From: Lingula anatina
Lineage: Eukaryota > Animalia > Brachiopoda
Reading direction: 5' to 3'
Assembly: GCA_051362555.1 (NCBI GenBank)
Contig: CM120641.1
Coordinates: 44,522,401 to 44,586,400 of the forward strand
Length of the DNA stretch: 64,000 bases
The translations under genes were made by a program, and so were the position numbers. Below are positions 23,729-37,411 of this stretch, piece after piece (positions within the stretch are counted from its first letter, which is position 1; each line of letters begins with the position of its first letter). The notes beneath the pieces were generated by a model. The model ran no database searches. It was given only the letters and a program-made list of their open reading frames with translations, and had not been told where the DNA came from.

Positions 23729-26700
23729 TCTGAAAGGGAAAATAAAAAACCATCAATATTTCAAATATTTGTATACATGTATGTTTATATCTTATCTTTC
23801 TCTAAAAATTCACCCCCCCCCCCCAAAAAAAAAAAAAAAGGTGACTAATACTTCGCCAAAGGTGGCTGCTTTTCTCTAGGGTCCCCTATGACATCATTTT
23901 TTTATTTTATAGAACTTACTGACAAGAAAATAAAAATGGTTATCGAAATGGCTGATTACACCAGTCAAGGCTATGCCATGACCTCAATTGATAACCAGTT
24001 ACATGCTATCAAATGTTGTGAGGTTATAAGGGCAAAATTTGATAATTGTAGCAAAAGGTACAAGATCAAAAGAGTGTTTACTTGTTAAAATGCTCAATCT
24101 ACAGGTAATGGTTACTAATGGTTATCCAGTAACCTATTTTTTTTTTTAATCTATTTCTTTTGTATCTTTGAGTTTTCAAACATCCAATCTTGAAATATTG
24201 AGGTACACATATTTTCTGTCTTTTTCTTTATTTACCATGTATAAGATTTGTACTCCTCAATACACAAAATATATGATATCAAAACAATAGATGTCAGCAC
24301 TGTTCAACTGAACTCACCATTTTCCCAGAAGTGCCAGCAGCATTGTCTTGTACTCTCCTCCACAGTCGCCCTCTATACTCTGTGCCAAGCTGACTCCATA
24401 GAGTTCTGCATACTTTTGCTTTATCTCAGCCAGGTCAATCTATGTGAAAATGTTAGAGGGTGACAATTTAAGTCTGTGGCAAAAAAAAAAAAAAATAAAA
24501 AAAAAAAAAAAATAATAAATCAGTCTTGGAGACACCTGGGTCTAAGAATCTACTAGCCATACCAGGAACAGTAGTCATAAACTGAGAAAAAATTACAATA
24601 TTTAACTTAACAGCATAAGGTTATGAAATCTATGTGAAAAAGAACATTTTTTGAGGTGGAAAATTTTTACCTTACATAAATTGTAACTCTTACAAATAAA
24701 TTGTGTACAAATATGAATATACATGCAATTGTGAATGACTCAGTTTCTGCTATTTTTATCATTGAAAGTATGAAAGGTTTAAGCACAATTTACCTCTGAT
24801 CTGGAGACTATAATTCTGATCAGCATTTTATCATTGGTCCCAGCGCTATCTGTCAAAGCTGAATGCAAACGTTCGGCATAGAACTGTATGGGGTCACTCA
24901 GTGCACAAGCTGTAAAACAAACAAAAAACAAGAGCTTAAAAAAGTTAAACAAAATAATGAACAAACATACAGATAAGTTCAAAACTGAAAAGGCATCCAA
25001 ACATAAAAAATAAATATACAAATAAAAATATTGAAAATACTAGCATTTACCACAATTTAAATTTTAATAGCTCAATAATTATGCATTTCATTTAGAAAAA
25101 AAACATGAAAATGTAGCTTTTTCAAATGCAGGGCTCACCTAACGCAATGTAGCCTTCCTCAGCATCCCCCACCATTGCTTTTTTAATACCCTCTGTTATG
25201 TCATGGCCTGCTAGCTTCTTGTAGGCAGCAAAGGTGGCCCGAACCTGAGCACGACTTCTCTTGGTCAAAACATTCCTGAAGTTGGCATCTGACAGATCAA
25301 GTGTGGACTCTGCTTCCTGTTGTAAAACAACATGATAACTATTAAATGTGGATTCTTGCATAGGATATCCAAGCCTGCTTGAGATTTCTTCTACCCCCCC
25401 CCCCCCCCCCCCCCAATCTTCAAGCTATGAGCTTAGCATTTTTGTAATGTTATTTTCATTTGGGTTTTTGATTTCAAAGATTCAGTAAGATATTAAGTTT
25501 TAATTATGCCTAACAAAATAAAATTCCCATCAACCCATGTCTCACAAATTTATGCAATTGTAGCATAGAGAGTGCATTCCATCTGTTGGATAATCTAAAT
25601 CTTGATACCAATTGACTATTTTCCAGCAAATATAAAATGTTCCCCATGGATAACCACATAGTTTCTATATCATATCTACAGGCTCATACATGATCTGTAC
25701 CTTGTAAAGTAATGCTGCATCCTTCTCTGCCTGTGTCTGGTCAACTTTATTGCTCTGATCTCTCTCAGCCTCCAACAGTTCAAGCAGCAGTGTCTGGAAG
25801 CCTCCACTTGTGTCATCTGCTATGACAGAACTCAGCTCTTTGCCATAAGCTGAAAGGGAAACAACTGTGAAATGAGCTCTGTGTCTATCTATATTCATCG
25901 TATTTTTTCTAAGTCATCATATTTTCTCTAAGACTGGTTTATTATGAAGCGTAAATGTGAGAATTAAGCTCTTCCTATACTACCTGTATGACAAGTATAA
26001 TAAAGGTGAATAAACAAAATTCTGATGCAGGATTGTTATTGAGGAGTTTTATTTAAAATTATCACATCTAATACATGAAATGTGAAGAGGTATCATGAGC
26101 CCTTGTTTAGGTGTCTCTGCAAATCTTCAGAAAGCCAACCCTCTCAAAAGATTGCCTTCATTCCTTACCTTTCTTGTACTGTGCCTTGATAGCATGTAAT
26201 TGTTTGGGACTCCTAGTGGCCAGGATACCTATCAGAACAGCTTCCCTGGTCCCCAGCCCCTCCACCGCATCATGAAGACAGAAAGCGTCAAACTCTGTGG
26301 GTGTCTGTAGACAAGCCTGGACAACTTCCTCAAGATCTCCCGTCAACTCCCAGTTTAGTTCTTCAATCAAATTCTAAAAAAAAGAAATTTATAACAATAT
26401 AGCTTTCCCTTTTTATTTATCATAACATTTTTGAAGATGTCAGCCATTAGTCTGAAACAACAGATTATAGATTTGGTGTCAGATTATAAGAAAAGTTGAA
26501 ATTTCTCAGATACAAGTCTGATCAGGAATAGTGATTAATTTCCTGGTTGTACAAGATTATTTTGCCATCGTCCTCCACCTAGTAAATGTCAAATTTGACT
26601 TGTCTAGTAATTTCCTGAGGCATGCTAATCCCACAGTTTTTCCAGTGCTTACCTTCTTATATTTCTCTTGATATTTTTTCCTAATTTGCTGCCTTTGTTC

Positions 26701-29700
26701 ATTGCTCCTGGATGACAGGATGTCTATTAATGGTTTCTCATCTGTTCCAAATCCCACCACAGCCTCTCTTATCGCCTCCACATCTCTCAACACATCAAAA
26801 TTTTCATATGGATGAACAGTACCACGGTGATCAGACCCAGCCTTAGAATTGGGAGAACCAGACTGACTTTTCTTGTCTTTGTGACCCTTATCCACATGTT
26901 CCTTTTTGCTTTTGCTGTGGTCTTTTGTAGTTTTACCATGAGGAGGGTTACCCTTGATGCTGGACTCCTTTTTGTGATCTGCAACACGTTTAGAGTGTGG
27001 GATCTTTTTCTGGGGTACTGCTGCTGTGGCGACCATGGCAAATTTTCTGAATTTGGCAAGTGCAGCCTAATGGACAGAAAAAACGTTTCAAGACCCTTAG
27101 CAATCACATGTATGCTTCCAAATCCACTTATATAGTTATATAAATATGATTTACTTCTATAATAAATGTTAAAATTTACTATAACATCTTCAACTTTTAA
27201 CAGATTATTAAAATAAACACACCGTGTCCACCTATTAATATTGAAAATTGAATATAGCAAGTGAAATTGCAAAGATGTAGAGGAAGATGGATAAGACAAC
27301 AAGTTTAAATATAACACAAATTAATGGAGAAATAAGTTAGCACACATAAACAGTGCATGTTAATAATCACTATCTACCTTTCCGTGAGGTGTCAGGCGAG
27401 TTGCGAGCTCCAGTAAAAGTTTGACTGCCTCTCCCTTACAGCGGTACTTAATGTCATCTACCAACTCCACACTGTACTTCTTTTTGTACAGTTTACGAAT
27501 AGCAGGCATGTCAACCTGGACAAAAATAAAGTGATATGTATTCAGATTAAAGTTCCATCAGTGTTTACCAATCAATCATAACTAACATTTTTTTCTCAAT
27601 TTATAACATAAGCTTAGTGCATTTAAATATTTATAGAAGTTCTAACAAGGCTAATTAAAAAAAAATTTTCTTTCAATTTATTCAACACACCATGCAGCCA
27701 GAAAATGATTTTCAATATCATCAATAAATCATCATTGGTGTTTATAATTTTGTTTTCATTTTTTAATCAAAATATTTTTATGCGTTTATAATTTAATGGA
27801 AATTATGATTATTCCAATTTTTCAAAGAATTTTTTAAAAAATTATGCATGCAGTACATATTTCACAAGAACTTCTGACCAGTCTTTTAATTTCTAGCTTC
27901 TTATCAAAAAAAGTAGCACACGTCACAATCATACTTCTTGTCGGTAAAGTATTTTCACTTACAAGCAAACAATTTCAGAGAAGTAAATTGTCAATTACTC
28001 ACATCAGCCCTGTCCAAGAGCATTCTAATAAATTCTGGATCTTTGTGACTCATCTGATCATGTAGTCTTTCAACATAAAAGGCATGAGGTGTTCTCAGGA
28101 GAGTGGCTGGAATATAACATGGCACATATAAGAGAGAGAGAGAGAGAGTAGAGAGCGAGAGAGAGCGAGAGAGATTCACTTTCTGAAAGAAAAAATCTCC
28201 AGTTTTCTCTTTTATAAACTATCTTCAAATTTTAAATGAAATTACACTCTTAAAAATTCAATTCATTAGATCAAATTATAGCTATAAATCAGTGAACCTT
28301 ACAGTGTACTAATAATACATGATATGATTTTACAGATGAACAACTCATATCACAAGTTTCATTATTATACTGCTAAGCTTACCCAGTGTTTTCACAGCAG
28401 TGGTGAAGTCTGTGTCTCCACAATCACTGGCCACAGTATCAGTAAGGTCCTTCTCCCCTGTCACCTGTATAAACACACGGGAATGGTCAGGGACAGCATG
28501 AACTAAAAGCACTGCCAATATTACAGTACTCAGAATGTGTAGATCTATTGCTATTTGAGGTAAGATTTAAAGATTAAAAATCACAAGTTTCCTTTTTATA
28601 AATTGTAATATTTAGCAAGATTTCTTACATTTTTGTAGGCATGCAGTGTGGCCCGTATCTGGTGCAGACTTCTCTCTCCCAGTAACTTCATGAACTTGCC
28701 ATTGTCGTTCAGCCAGCGACCATCACCAGACTAAAGAAAAATATAGAATAAAAATATAAAATGTTAAGGAAAAAAAAGGTTATCCTTTCACTTCCACCCA
28801 TCTCCTGTGTCTACATATATAACATATCTGTGGTAGGGATTGGGTAAAAGTTTTCAAGGTGAAGTTGAGGTGACAAAGAATATGGAAAATCAAATCAAAA
28901 AGATGAAGACCAAGAAAAAGTATCAGGAGAGAGAGGAAACATTGCAAAAAATAAAATGTGAAAATTTCTCCTGTGGTATTAATTTATAATTCTGATCAAA
29001 GTGAAGAAAATATAAATTGTGAGATCATTTCATTTCAAATGTGAATGGTGCCATTTTTCCACAGAAAGCACAATAAGCTATACGCAACACACAGCCATAC
29101 ACAAACATCACTAAAGATCTAACACTTTTATTCTAGTACATGTATGTGAACTAAATATGTTCACCACACAGTGACATAATACAAGGCGTACCTTAAGTCT
29201 GGACACATAGATAAAATGCATATTTTAAATACAAAAATCTCATCCTTATCTAATTAAGATATTAATAAATAAACTATAGCATGGCTATTCCTATGTGTCC
29301 AGATTTTAAAGACCCTGAGTATAAATATATATCTATAAGAGCAAAAACCACACATATCCTACCTGCTGGTCTGCTGACATCTCAATATAGGAGGCAGTGT
29401 TCTCACCAAAACTTACAACAGTCAACTGAAAATACAGTTTTACATACAGCACTGACTATGTAGCAATAACAACATCTACAGCAACAACAACAGCCACAAT
29501 TATAAAGATCCTGACAACAATGCAATGTCACAAAAAGGATCCATAAAGCAATCATGCCATATCAAAAACAACAAATAAACAAAAAGACAAACAAACAAAC
29601 ACCAATGCTTAGGCATTTCAGAATTAATCAATGAATGAAGAAGGCAATATGCAATCAGCAAAAAGTTAAATTTTTGAAATTCAAGCAAAAATCTCAGGTA

Positions 29701-32700
29701 CAGGTGCTATCTATTTTGATACCTATTCTACTATTAATATTCCTAACACACTAACAAAAATAGCCTAAAAAAATACACAAAAATTAAAATGAATCATTTT
29801 GCAACTTTTCTCTTTTAAACAGATCATAATGTAAATATTACGCTTAGTAACAAGTGATAAAATATAAGCTAGACTGATTTACTTCCCCATACTGACAATG
29901 TGTAATCACTGCTTTTTCTATTTCATATCTGTGACTTAATCATGGTAAATCTTAAGCATGCTCAATACCAATGCTAGGAAATAAAGTAATGTTTTCTTTA
30001 ATTACTTCCAAATACAACCTAGACATACGCATTAATTATCATACGTCAGAAGTCATAATTCATGATTTAGCGTCTTGAAGTCTTTGACAATATCCACTGA
30101 AAGACATGCCATAATTCTAGACAGCAAGCACATGCACCTAGACAAGGCAAGATGTGTTACAAACTCTCTAAGTCTGTTTTCTGCCCATTACATATATACT
30201 ACATGCAAAACTACAGTTGTGTTTACCTCGTGCAGTTCATTTGCATCGTTAAGAGCCAAATCATCATCAACAGCTTCAGATTCATTGCGCCCCTCCTAAA
30301 GAGAAAAAATTAATTTCACAAACTGTATGGTTTATAGAATGAAAGAAATAAAAAATAGATAAAATGGATATAAAATTTTTTAAATAATTCACTAAACATA
30401 TTTTAAGGTGGCAAACAATTACCATAAAATCGTTGAGAGAATCAACAGAAATTTGTTTTTTTTTTGGTTATCATTATTTTCAACACATTGTCTGTTAATT
30501 TTTGTGTAGATTGTGACCTTATACTTATCACTTACTTTTGATAGAGTAAGTAAAAACAGCTGAACATGTTTATCAAAGGAGTCCTTGATGTCCTCCTCCA
30601 CTGTCTTGTCATATTCTGGAAGCATGAATAAAATGTTAATCAACTTCTACCACATTTGTTTTTTGCTTGTTTTATAATTTTCTTGAATAGAACACTAAAA
30701 CAAATCATAACATGAAACAAAAAGCACTGCCAAGTGAAGTTAAAATAAAAATAACAAGGTTAAAATGTCAGCTTCCTTGTTCACAAGAAAAAAATTACGA
30801 AAACGTAAAAGCATTACCATGAAAACATTTCCAGAGTCAAGTAATAGCAAAAATTACAGCAAGTATAATATTTCTGTCTTCTTTAGTTCCAGAGCACACT
30901 TACTTTTCCTATATGTTTCTCTCAAAGCACTCAGTTCTGCATTACTTCTCATTACCATCATCTCGACAACACCTCCAACATCTTTGGTCTGTTAAGAAAA
31001 ATGAAAAAAAAAAAGAAATATAATACTGTAGGCATACATTTGGCATACAATTTTAGACCTATACTCTACAGTTGATGACATCTGTACATACAACTCTAAA
31101 AACCCTGTGAATAGCCATTTTCCCCTATTAAAATGGTAAAAACATCAACTTACTGCAATTCGTTTGTTCAGGGTTTCAGCATCTGCAGCATCCTGTTCAG
31201 TGAGTAAGACATCAATCATGAGATAATATGCACTGCCCATCAGAGCCTTCAGCTCACCCTCAAGATCCTTGAAAGAAAATACACAATACTTCAACAGAGG
31301 TACTGAAACTTTGCTGCTTTACTGCTACTCTTAAAGCTTACTTACTTATCTTCAGACAAAGTACATGTAATCAATCAGAAGTCCTGCTGATATTAACTGT
31401 ACTAAATTGGGACAAACCAGCTCTAAAGGAAACAGGCCTTATTTCTTTCAACTTTACACATACAAAGTAACCCAGGCTCTAGCTCTCTAAGGAATAAGAA
31501 GTTGTTAAACTTAACAGAAAATCTTAAAATCTGATCTCTAAATTCACTTACCAATTCATAGTTGGCTCTAAATTTATTTTTCACAATATTTCTATGTCCA
31601 CAGGTTCTCCTCAACATTGTCTTTATCATTACTTCATCACCATTTTCTGAAGAAAATCAAAGAACACTTAAATGAGGAAAATTTGAAAAATGGTTGACCA
31701 CAGTGTAAGAAGAAAGAAAATGGCAGAACAGAAACTTATGGAGAGATGAAATGAAGGGCTGAAGATCAAAATAGATGGCGTGGGAGACCCTAAACCTGCC
31801 TCATGGCAGACAAACAAGACACAGAGAGTCAAATATGTATTACACTTGTATTTAATAATTCTTTTATTTAATTATTCTACAATAATTTCAGAAAGTTTCT
31901 GGAAAGTACTTACCAAGACCTTTAATGGCCCTGAATAAAAGTTTTGCATCTTCTTCAACAGGAGAATCAACCTACAAGACATCAAAAAGAAGTTTTACTA
32001 CATGTAAAAAACTTTTAAAATGGAAGCTTGCTGAGACTGTCCAAACTCCTTCAGAAATTCAATTTCCAATACAGAGTGCACACTCTCATACTGTGTTACA
32101 AATGAATTCATTTTTTAATGTCACTTTCAATCTTTATATAATTTTTAGTACTACCAACCTGTGCCCCTTTCTGTTGATAATCATATGCAAAAATATTTTT
32201 CACTCACAAAATGCTCATTCAAATAAACTGAAGTGCAATCAACTGTGTTTTAGCACTTCATTTGCATTCTTTAAACACACCTTTTCCTTTGCTTCCCCAG
32301 TCAACCTTGGCAATTTTGGCACTGATGATTCTTTTAGAGAGTCTTGCTTTGAATGTGTCCTTCTTGAAGTAGCTCTCTGGTCATAAAAGAGGAGTGAAGA
32401 AATATATAAATACATCTTTTTTTATCCTTTTACTGGATTTAAAATGGAGATGACCTTGCAGCCTCATCACTAGCACTACTACATGCACTCTATTCATCTA
32501 TGACCAACAGATGTCATCATGATGAAGATACAATGACTTTTTTGGAAATCCAATGAAAGAATTTTTAGAAAATCATACCAAATATATAATATAGAAAATT
32601 TAAAAATGAAAATACATTAAAGTAATTCTACCTTATATTACAGAAAAACAAGATGAAACAATGTTATATATTGGAATACCAAAATAATATTGTACATATG

Positions 32701-35700
32701 TTACAAGACAAAAAAGATGTTTCTTACCGATGATGGAAAGTCAGATCCTGCTACTGATTCCTCCTCCTTAAAAAAAAAATGAAAATTTTACATATATTTA
32801 AACTGGTGAAGTCCAGATAAAAAAAGGGACGATAAAGGCATTTGTTTAGGCAGTCACTAACCCTTTATCCATCTCTCTTTAGGAACCCAGTAAATCTTGA
32901 ATATCTACAATGTAACAGAATAAGCCCAGTCAGAGATCCAACACTTACTAGACTTCTTCGTGGACTCTTCCTTGGGGTAAGTCCTGGAGCATAGTCCTTA
33001 GTGGTATGATTGATCATACCCAAGAGGTAGTTGTGCTTTTTGTCTTCTTCCTCCTACAACAGAGATCTTTATTCAGTTTTTCTATAACAGTTTAAGTGGT
33101 AAAGTTGACATAATCTTACTACCAAAAAATTGAAGTTTTAATTTTGTCTTCAATACAGCAACATTTTTAATCATCAAATACTTTTAGTATGATATTTTTT
33201 CTTTTGCTTTTCTTAATGACATCCATCACAAAAAGCTGCTCCTCATTTAGACTTATTAATCTAATGCATATTTTGCTACAACAAGTAAAGCAAAGTGTAA
33301 GGCGCTGCAACTCACCCATTTTGCAATTTTGTACACTGGTTTCACTTCATTCAGGCTCTTGGCTATTCTAATATTTTCATTGGCTATCTTCTGTTGTTCT
33401 CTATCTCGCATTCCTCGGTTTAAGCTTTAATATAAAAAATAAAATAAGATTATTCTTGGCAGATCTAAGTATTTGTCATGAACTATGGTCCCACAAGCAC
33501 AAGTAGGGAGGCACACATAATTATTGACAACAGACATTTTTAAATGCTTACAAGTTTATTATCATTAAAAGAGATAAATTAGTGAAAGAAGATATCTCCT
33601 ATCATAAATATTGTATATTTTGAAAAAATAGTTTTAACCTTGCTGTTTTAAAAAAACAATGTAAATACTGATGCACAGCCATACTTTTTAATAGAACTAT
33701 TTTTTAAGAACCAAATAAATAAATTACAAATCTACTTGCAAAACTGATGCTAAAGATTTTCTTTCTTTTAATCAAAATTTCCCACAACTGAAATGGAACA
33801 TGCCATACTTCAAAAAAAGACCCATTTGCCCTTCCTATTAAGTGTGATAAATTACATGGCCCCACAGAAGGTTTTGAAATTAAATAATGGGTGTTGGAGA
33901 TTGACATAACACATGTAAATAGCGTAGTGCACAGTAGGTTTTCCTTCCATGTCTTGTAAGGTCATTTAGCTGTGGTACTTACTGCAATATTTTATCCCTG
34001 CAGCATTCAAGAATAAGCAAAGTACTAGAGACACCATAAGGCAATGAAATTATGTGATGTGCACTAATACAAAGTAAGAGTGTATGTCACATAAGTGTTG
34101 TTTCTGACTTACAACATGACGAATATTGATAACAAAAGAACTAGATAGTGTACCTGACATTTATACATGCCATGCATGTAATATATCTGGATTTTTTCTG
34201 GACAAAAAGTTTTCCAGTTATGCTTTTAATAAATACAAAATAACTTTCTTCTATATATTTTTAAGTAGTGTAAACTGCTAATTTTCCACTCTTATTATCA
34301 TTAATCTAAAGTTTCTGATACTGAATAATATGTTATGTCGTTAATAGACACTTTGAGATGCTAAACATTCAAGTTAGTGTAAAACAAACAAACAAACAAA
34401 CAAACAAATAAATAAATAAATAAATAAATGAATAAATTAAAATTGTTTAAACATTTTTCAGCTCACCTCTTGGACTCGTAATCGTTCCAATTATCCAGGC
34501 GCCCCCTACTGGTCATAATCCAGGACATTTTCTGGAGAAGGAGTTCATTATCGTTGTCTATCTTCGCCTGGCGATCTTCTTCGAGCTGTGTTAAAACAAT
34601 ACTTCAAAGTATATCATCAACAGGAATAACTGTGTGAAAATTCCTGACAATACTTATTAATGGACTCCTGTGCAGTATCAGATGTCACTCTATCTGACTA
34701 TTAGAAAGAATTGATTCTTTTCATTGTGTCCTGCAAATCACATTTATCCTTTCTTGATGTGTTTTATTCCATAATCAATATACCATGTACCGCCTACAAC
34801 ATGAACAAAAAATGCAACTCATGATTACTTAAGGGCTTTTATCTGTCAGATACAAATTTTGAGAACTATATATGATAAATAATGTAAGTTTTTAGTCTGT
34901 ACCTGTACTTTCTTTAGTCTGAGGGTCAGGTGAGGTTGTTTCTTTGGAGGAGTGGTATCAAGACCAGATTTCATAGAATGCATCTGGAATGAAAAAATTG
35001 CAGTGTGATATAAGTGCAAAAAAGATATCAGTTTTGGCTGAATAAAAGCAAAATTCAAAATATTCAGTATTGCATGTATAAGTTAATGAAAAATATTACC
35101 AGACAGTCAATAGAGATAATATACATTCATTATTTTTGAAATTCTCATCTGGAATTACAATGTCTGTAAACAGCATCCATTACATGGTAATAATCTATGA
35201 CATTGCCACGGTAAGTCAGATATATACAGATTCAATCAAAGGTGTGTACATGTATTTGAAAAAGTATGTTTATTTTTTTTCTGACAAGCACCATTCATAT
35301 ATCCTTCAATAGACTCCTTTGGTTATGTTATCTTGTAACCTCAAAAAGTGTTTAAAAAACCTTATAATATAAATAATTTCTGATATACCCCCCTTCCTGT
35401 CATGTTGAAGATATTGTATTTCTTACACAGACAGCAGAGCTTTATGCCATGTTATGAATTTACTCATATAAATTACTGAAACTTGATCTTTTCAATGGGG
35501 GAAAAAATTGCGAATTTCTTAAAATTAGAACATTCTTATTGAGTGGTAATTAAAAAAAATTAAAAATTAAAAAAATTAATAAATAAAGAAAAACAGTTAC
35601 TCTACTGTTCTATTCTATGTAGTAAAAGAACCACAAATGATATATAGAAAGAGAATTTTGTGATTATCAAATTATGTATCTGAAAGTTTGATCATTTTTC

Positions 35701-37411
35701 CCCCATTGAAAAGATGTAATTACTGTAAGAAAATTAATATAGTCAGCACTTGTGACTGCGCATACTACCACAGTGCACTGAATACTTTTATTACACCAAT
35801 AATCCCCAATTCATTAACTGCTGCACAGAAACAAGAGTCTTTCCATCTTTAAGCATGAGAAACTCTACATCAGCCTTTCCTGTACAGCACAACACTGAAG
35901 TGCCATCTGATACGGATTAGTGCCGATCGATCAATAGGAAACTTCCTTTTTTTATTCAGGAAATGTATATACTTATATGATTTATGTAGTTTAATAATAC
36001 ATTTTTGATGTTTTAGAAAACAAAGATCTAAAAGGGAAGCAATGAGGATTCAACATTAAGCATTTCTGGCATAGCTTCACTGTTTTTCTATAGCCTAAAC
36101 TATAAACTGACGCCTTATTTTTTCAACCACCTAATTTCACCGCTATGAAAATGCCAGATTATAAATGAACAACATGTAGCCTAATATTAATATTCTAATA
36201 AGTACATGTGAATTTTTCACTTTACTGGACATGGTAATGTGACCTTATGTACAAGTTTAAGCTGTGAAGTTCAGACAATTGCCCCTTGTGCTGTTTGACC
36301 TACAAATATAGGTCCCTATTAAGTCGATTAATTCAATAAAACAGTCTGCTATTTAAATTGGTGATTTTTCACTTACAGAGGTTTCTATTGAAAAGTTGGA
36401 CATTTGCAAACTTGAAATGTCTACAAATTTCTATTTGACCCCAGATTCAATACATGGCACTTTATTAGACTTGTTCGTTTGATTTGTGCAATAGCTAACA
36501 GCTTGTGCTTGGGTAGGCAAGGGCTGAGCAAACCTAGCACACAAGCACTTGAATGTGCTAAAATCCCTGATCAAACCCTTCTTCCACTCATAATCATGTC
36601 CTCAAAATGAATTTAAAATGGGTTTCAACACACCTTTGAAGGCTTTATTATGCAATTAAGTTCATTGCTTTGGGAAGTTAACAGATTAAACCACAAATTG
36701 ATATGACTGAAATACAAATAAACCTGTCAATCAAAGAAGGATTTTTAAAATGAGTTCTGAATAGCTACATACATATGTGCTAGCTTATAAGACTTTTACC
36801 TATCAAAGAAAATATATATACCAAACATATTGCATGCAACAAGGGCTTTTACCCGAGTTGCTTTAAGCAAAATATTTACTGCATATCTGCATTCATCTCA
36901 CTATGGTAGCAAAGAGGCAGGTATACTTCCATGGCCACAGATTGATTTTATTTCATTAGATATTCACAGACATGTCCCTAGTTAAATGATGGAACTTTTC
37001 TGCACTCACATTAGTAAAAAAATCCCAAAATAATCTGTGATCCTAGTAGAATGTACATGGACACAGAGGTTGACAGTACTGAAAATTTCATTTCACATAC
37101 TTAATTAATATGAATACATTTTAATATAGTGTGATTTTTTCATGTGGTAGGCCTTTCTTAGAAAGTCCCTGAAGAATTTTAAAAGCACTGAGGACTCACT
37201 GTTCATTTGACTTTTGTGTTTTCTGTCCTCCCCCTTTTTCTTGTGTTGTTGGCAGATGCATATTTAAAAGTTACCCAAGTGCATTAATTAAACATACCTT
37301 GTCCATGTGACTTTTGTACTTTCTGTCCTCCCATTTTTTCTGTAGTAGTTTGCTAGGAACGGCAAAACCAGGCCCTTGCCGTGGCATGGCGAGACCTGAC
37401 GTCAGCGGCAT
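23729..37411 (-). CDS. CFAP97/KIAA1430-domain plus eight-repeat (double-core) annexin fusion protein, ~924 aa, 24 exons
   Basis: Exons: 37411-37298, 34983-34903, 34585-34467, 33424-33316, 33053-32949, 32766-32728, 32376-32281, 31971-31914, 31646-31552, 31267-31154, 30988-30904, 30615-30536, 30295-30227, 28730-28629, 28464-28383, 28106-28003, 27515-27378, 27066-26653, 26373-26169, 25849-25701, 25316-25139, 24909-24794, 24439-24318, 23729. All GT-AG and phase-compatible, 2775 nt, no internal stop. N-terminus KLLQKKWEDRKYKSH...DTTPPKKQPHLTLRLKKVQLEEDRQAKIDNDNELLLQKMSWIM...SLNRGMRDREQQKIANEN matches the CFAP97D-type pattern. Annexin motifs include GFGTDE, GLGTRE, DTSG and IVSRSEIDL. Confidence 0.82.
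35486..35715. repeat. 21-bp perfect inverted repeat enclosing ~190 bp (possible MITE)
   Basis: atcttttcaatgggggaaaaa ... tttttcccccattgaaaagat. Confidence 0.6.

Noticed and set aside
23729-24318. Terminal TGA as selenocysteine, or IYD as a selenoprotein
   Set aside because: The TGA falls at the normal annexin C-terminus and no SECIS was recognised; IYD is a flavoprotein unrelated to DIO selenoenzymes.
31925-32386. 153-aa plus-strand ORF
   Set aside because: Antisense to two exons and an intron of the annexin fusion gene; starts and ends without a coding signature.
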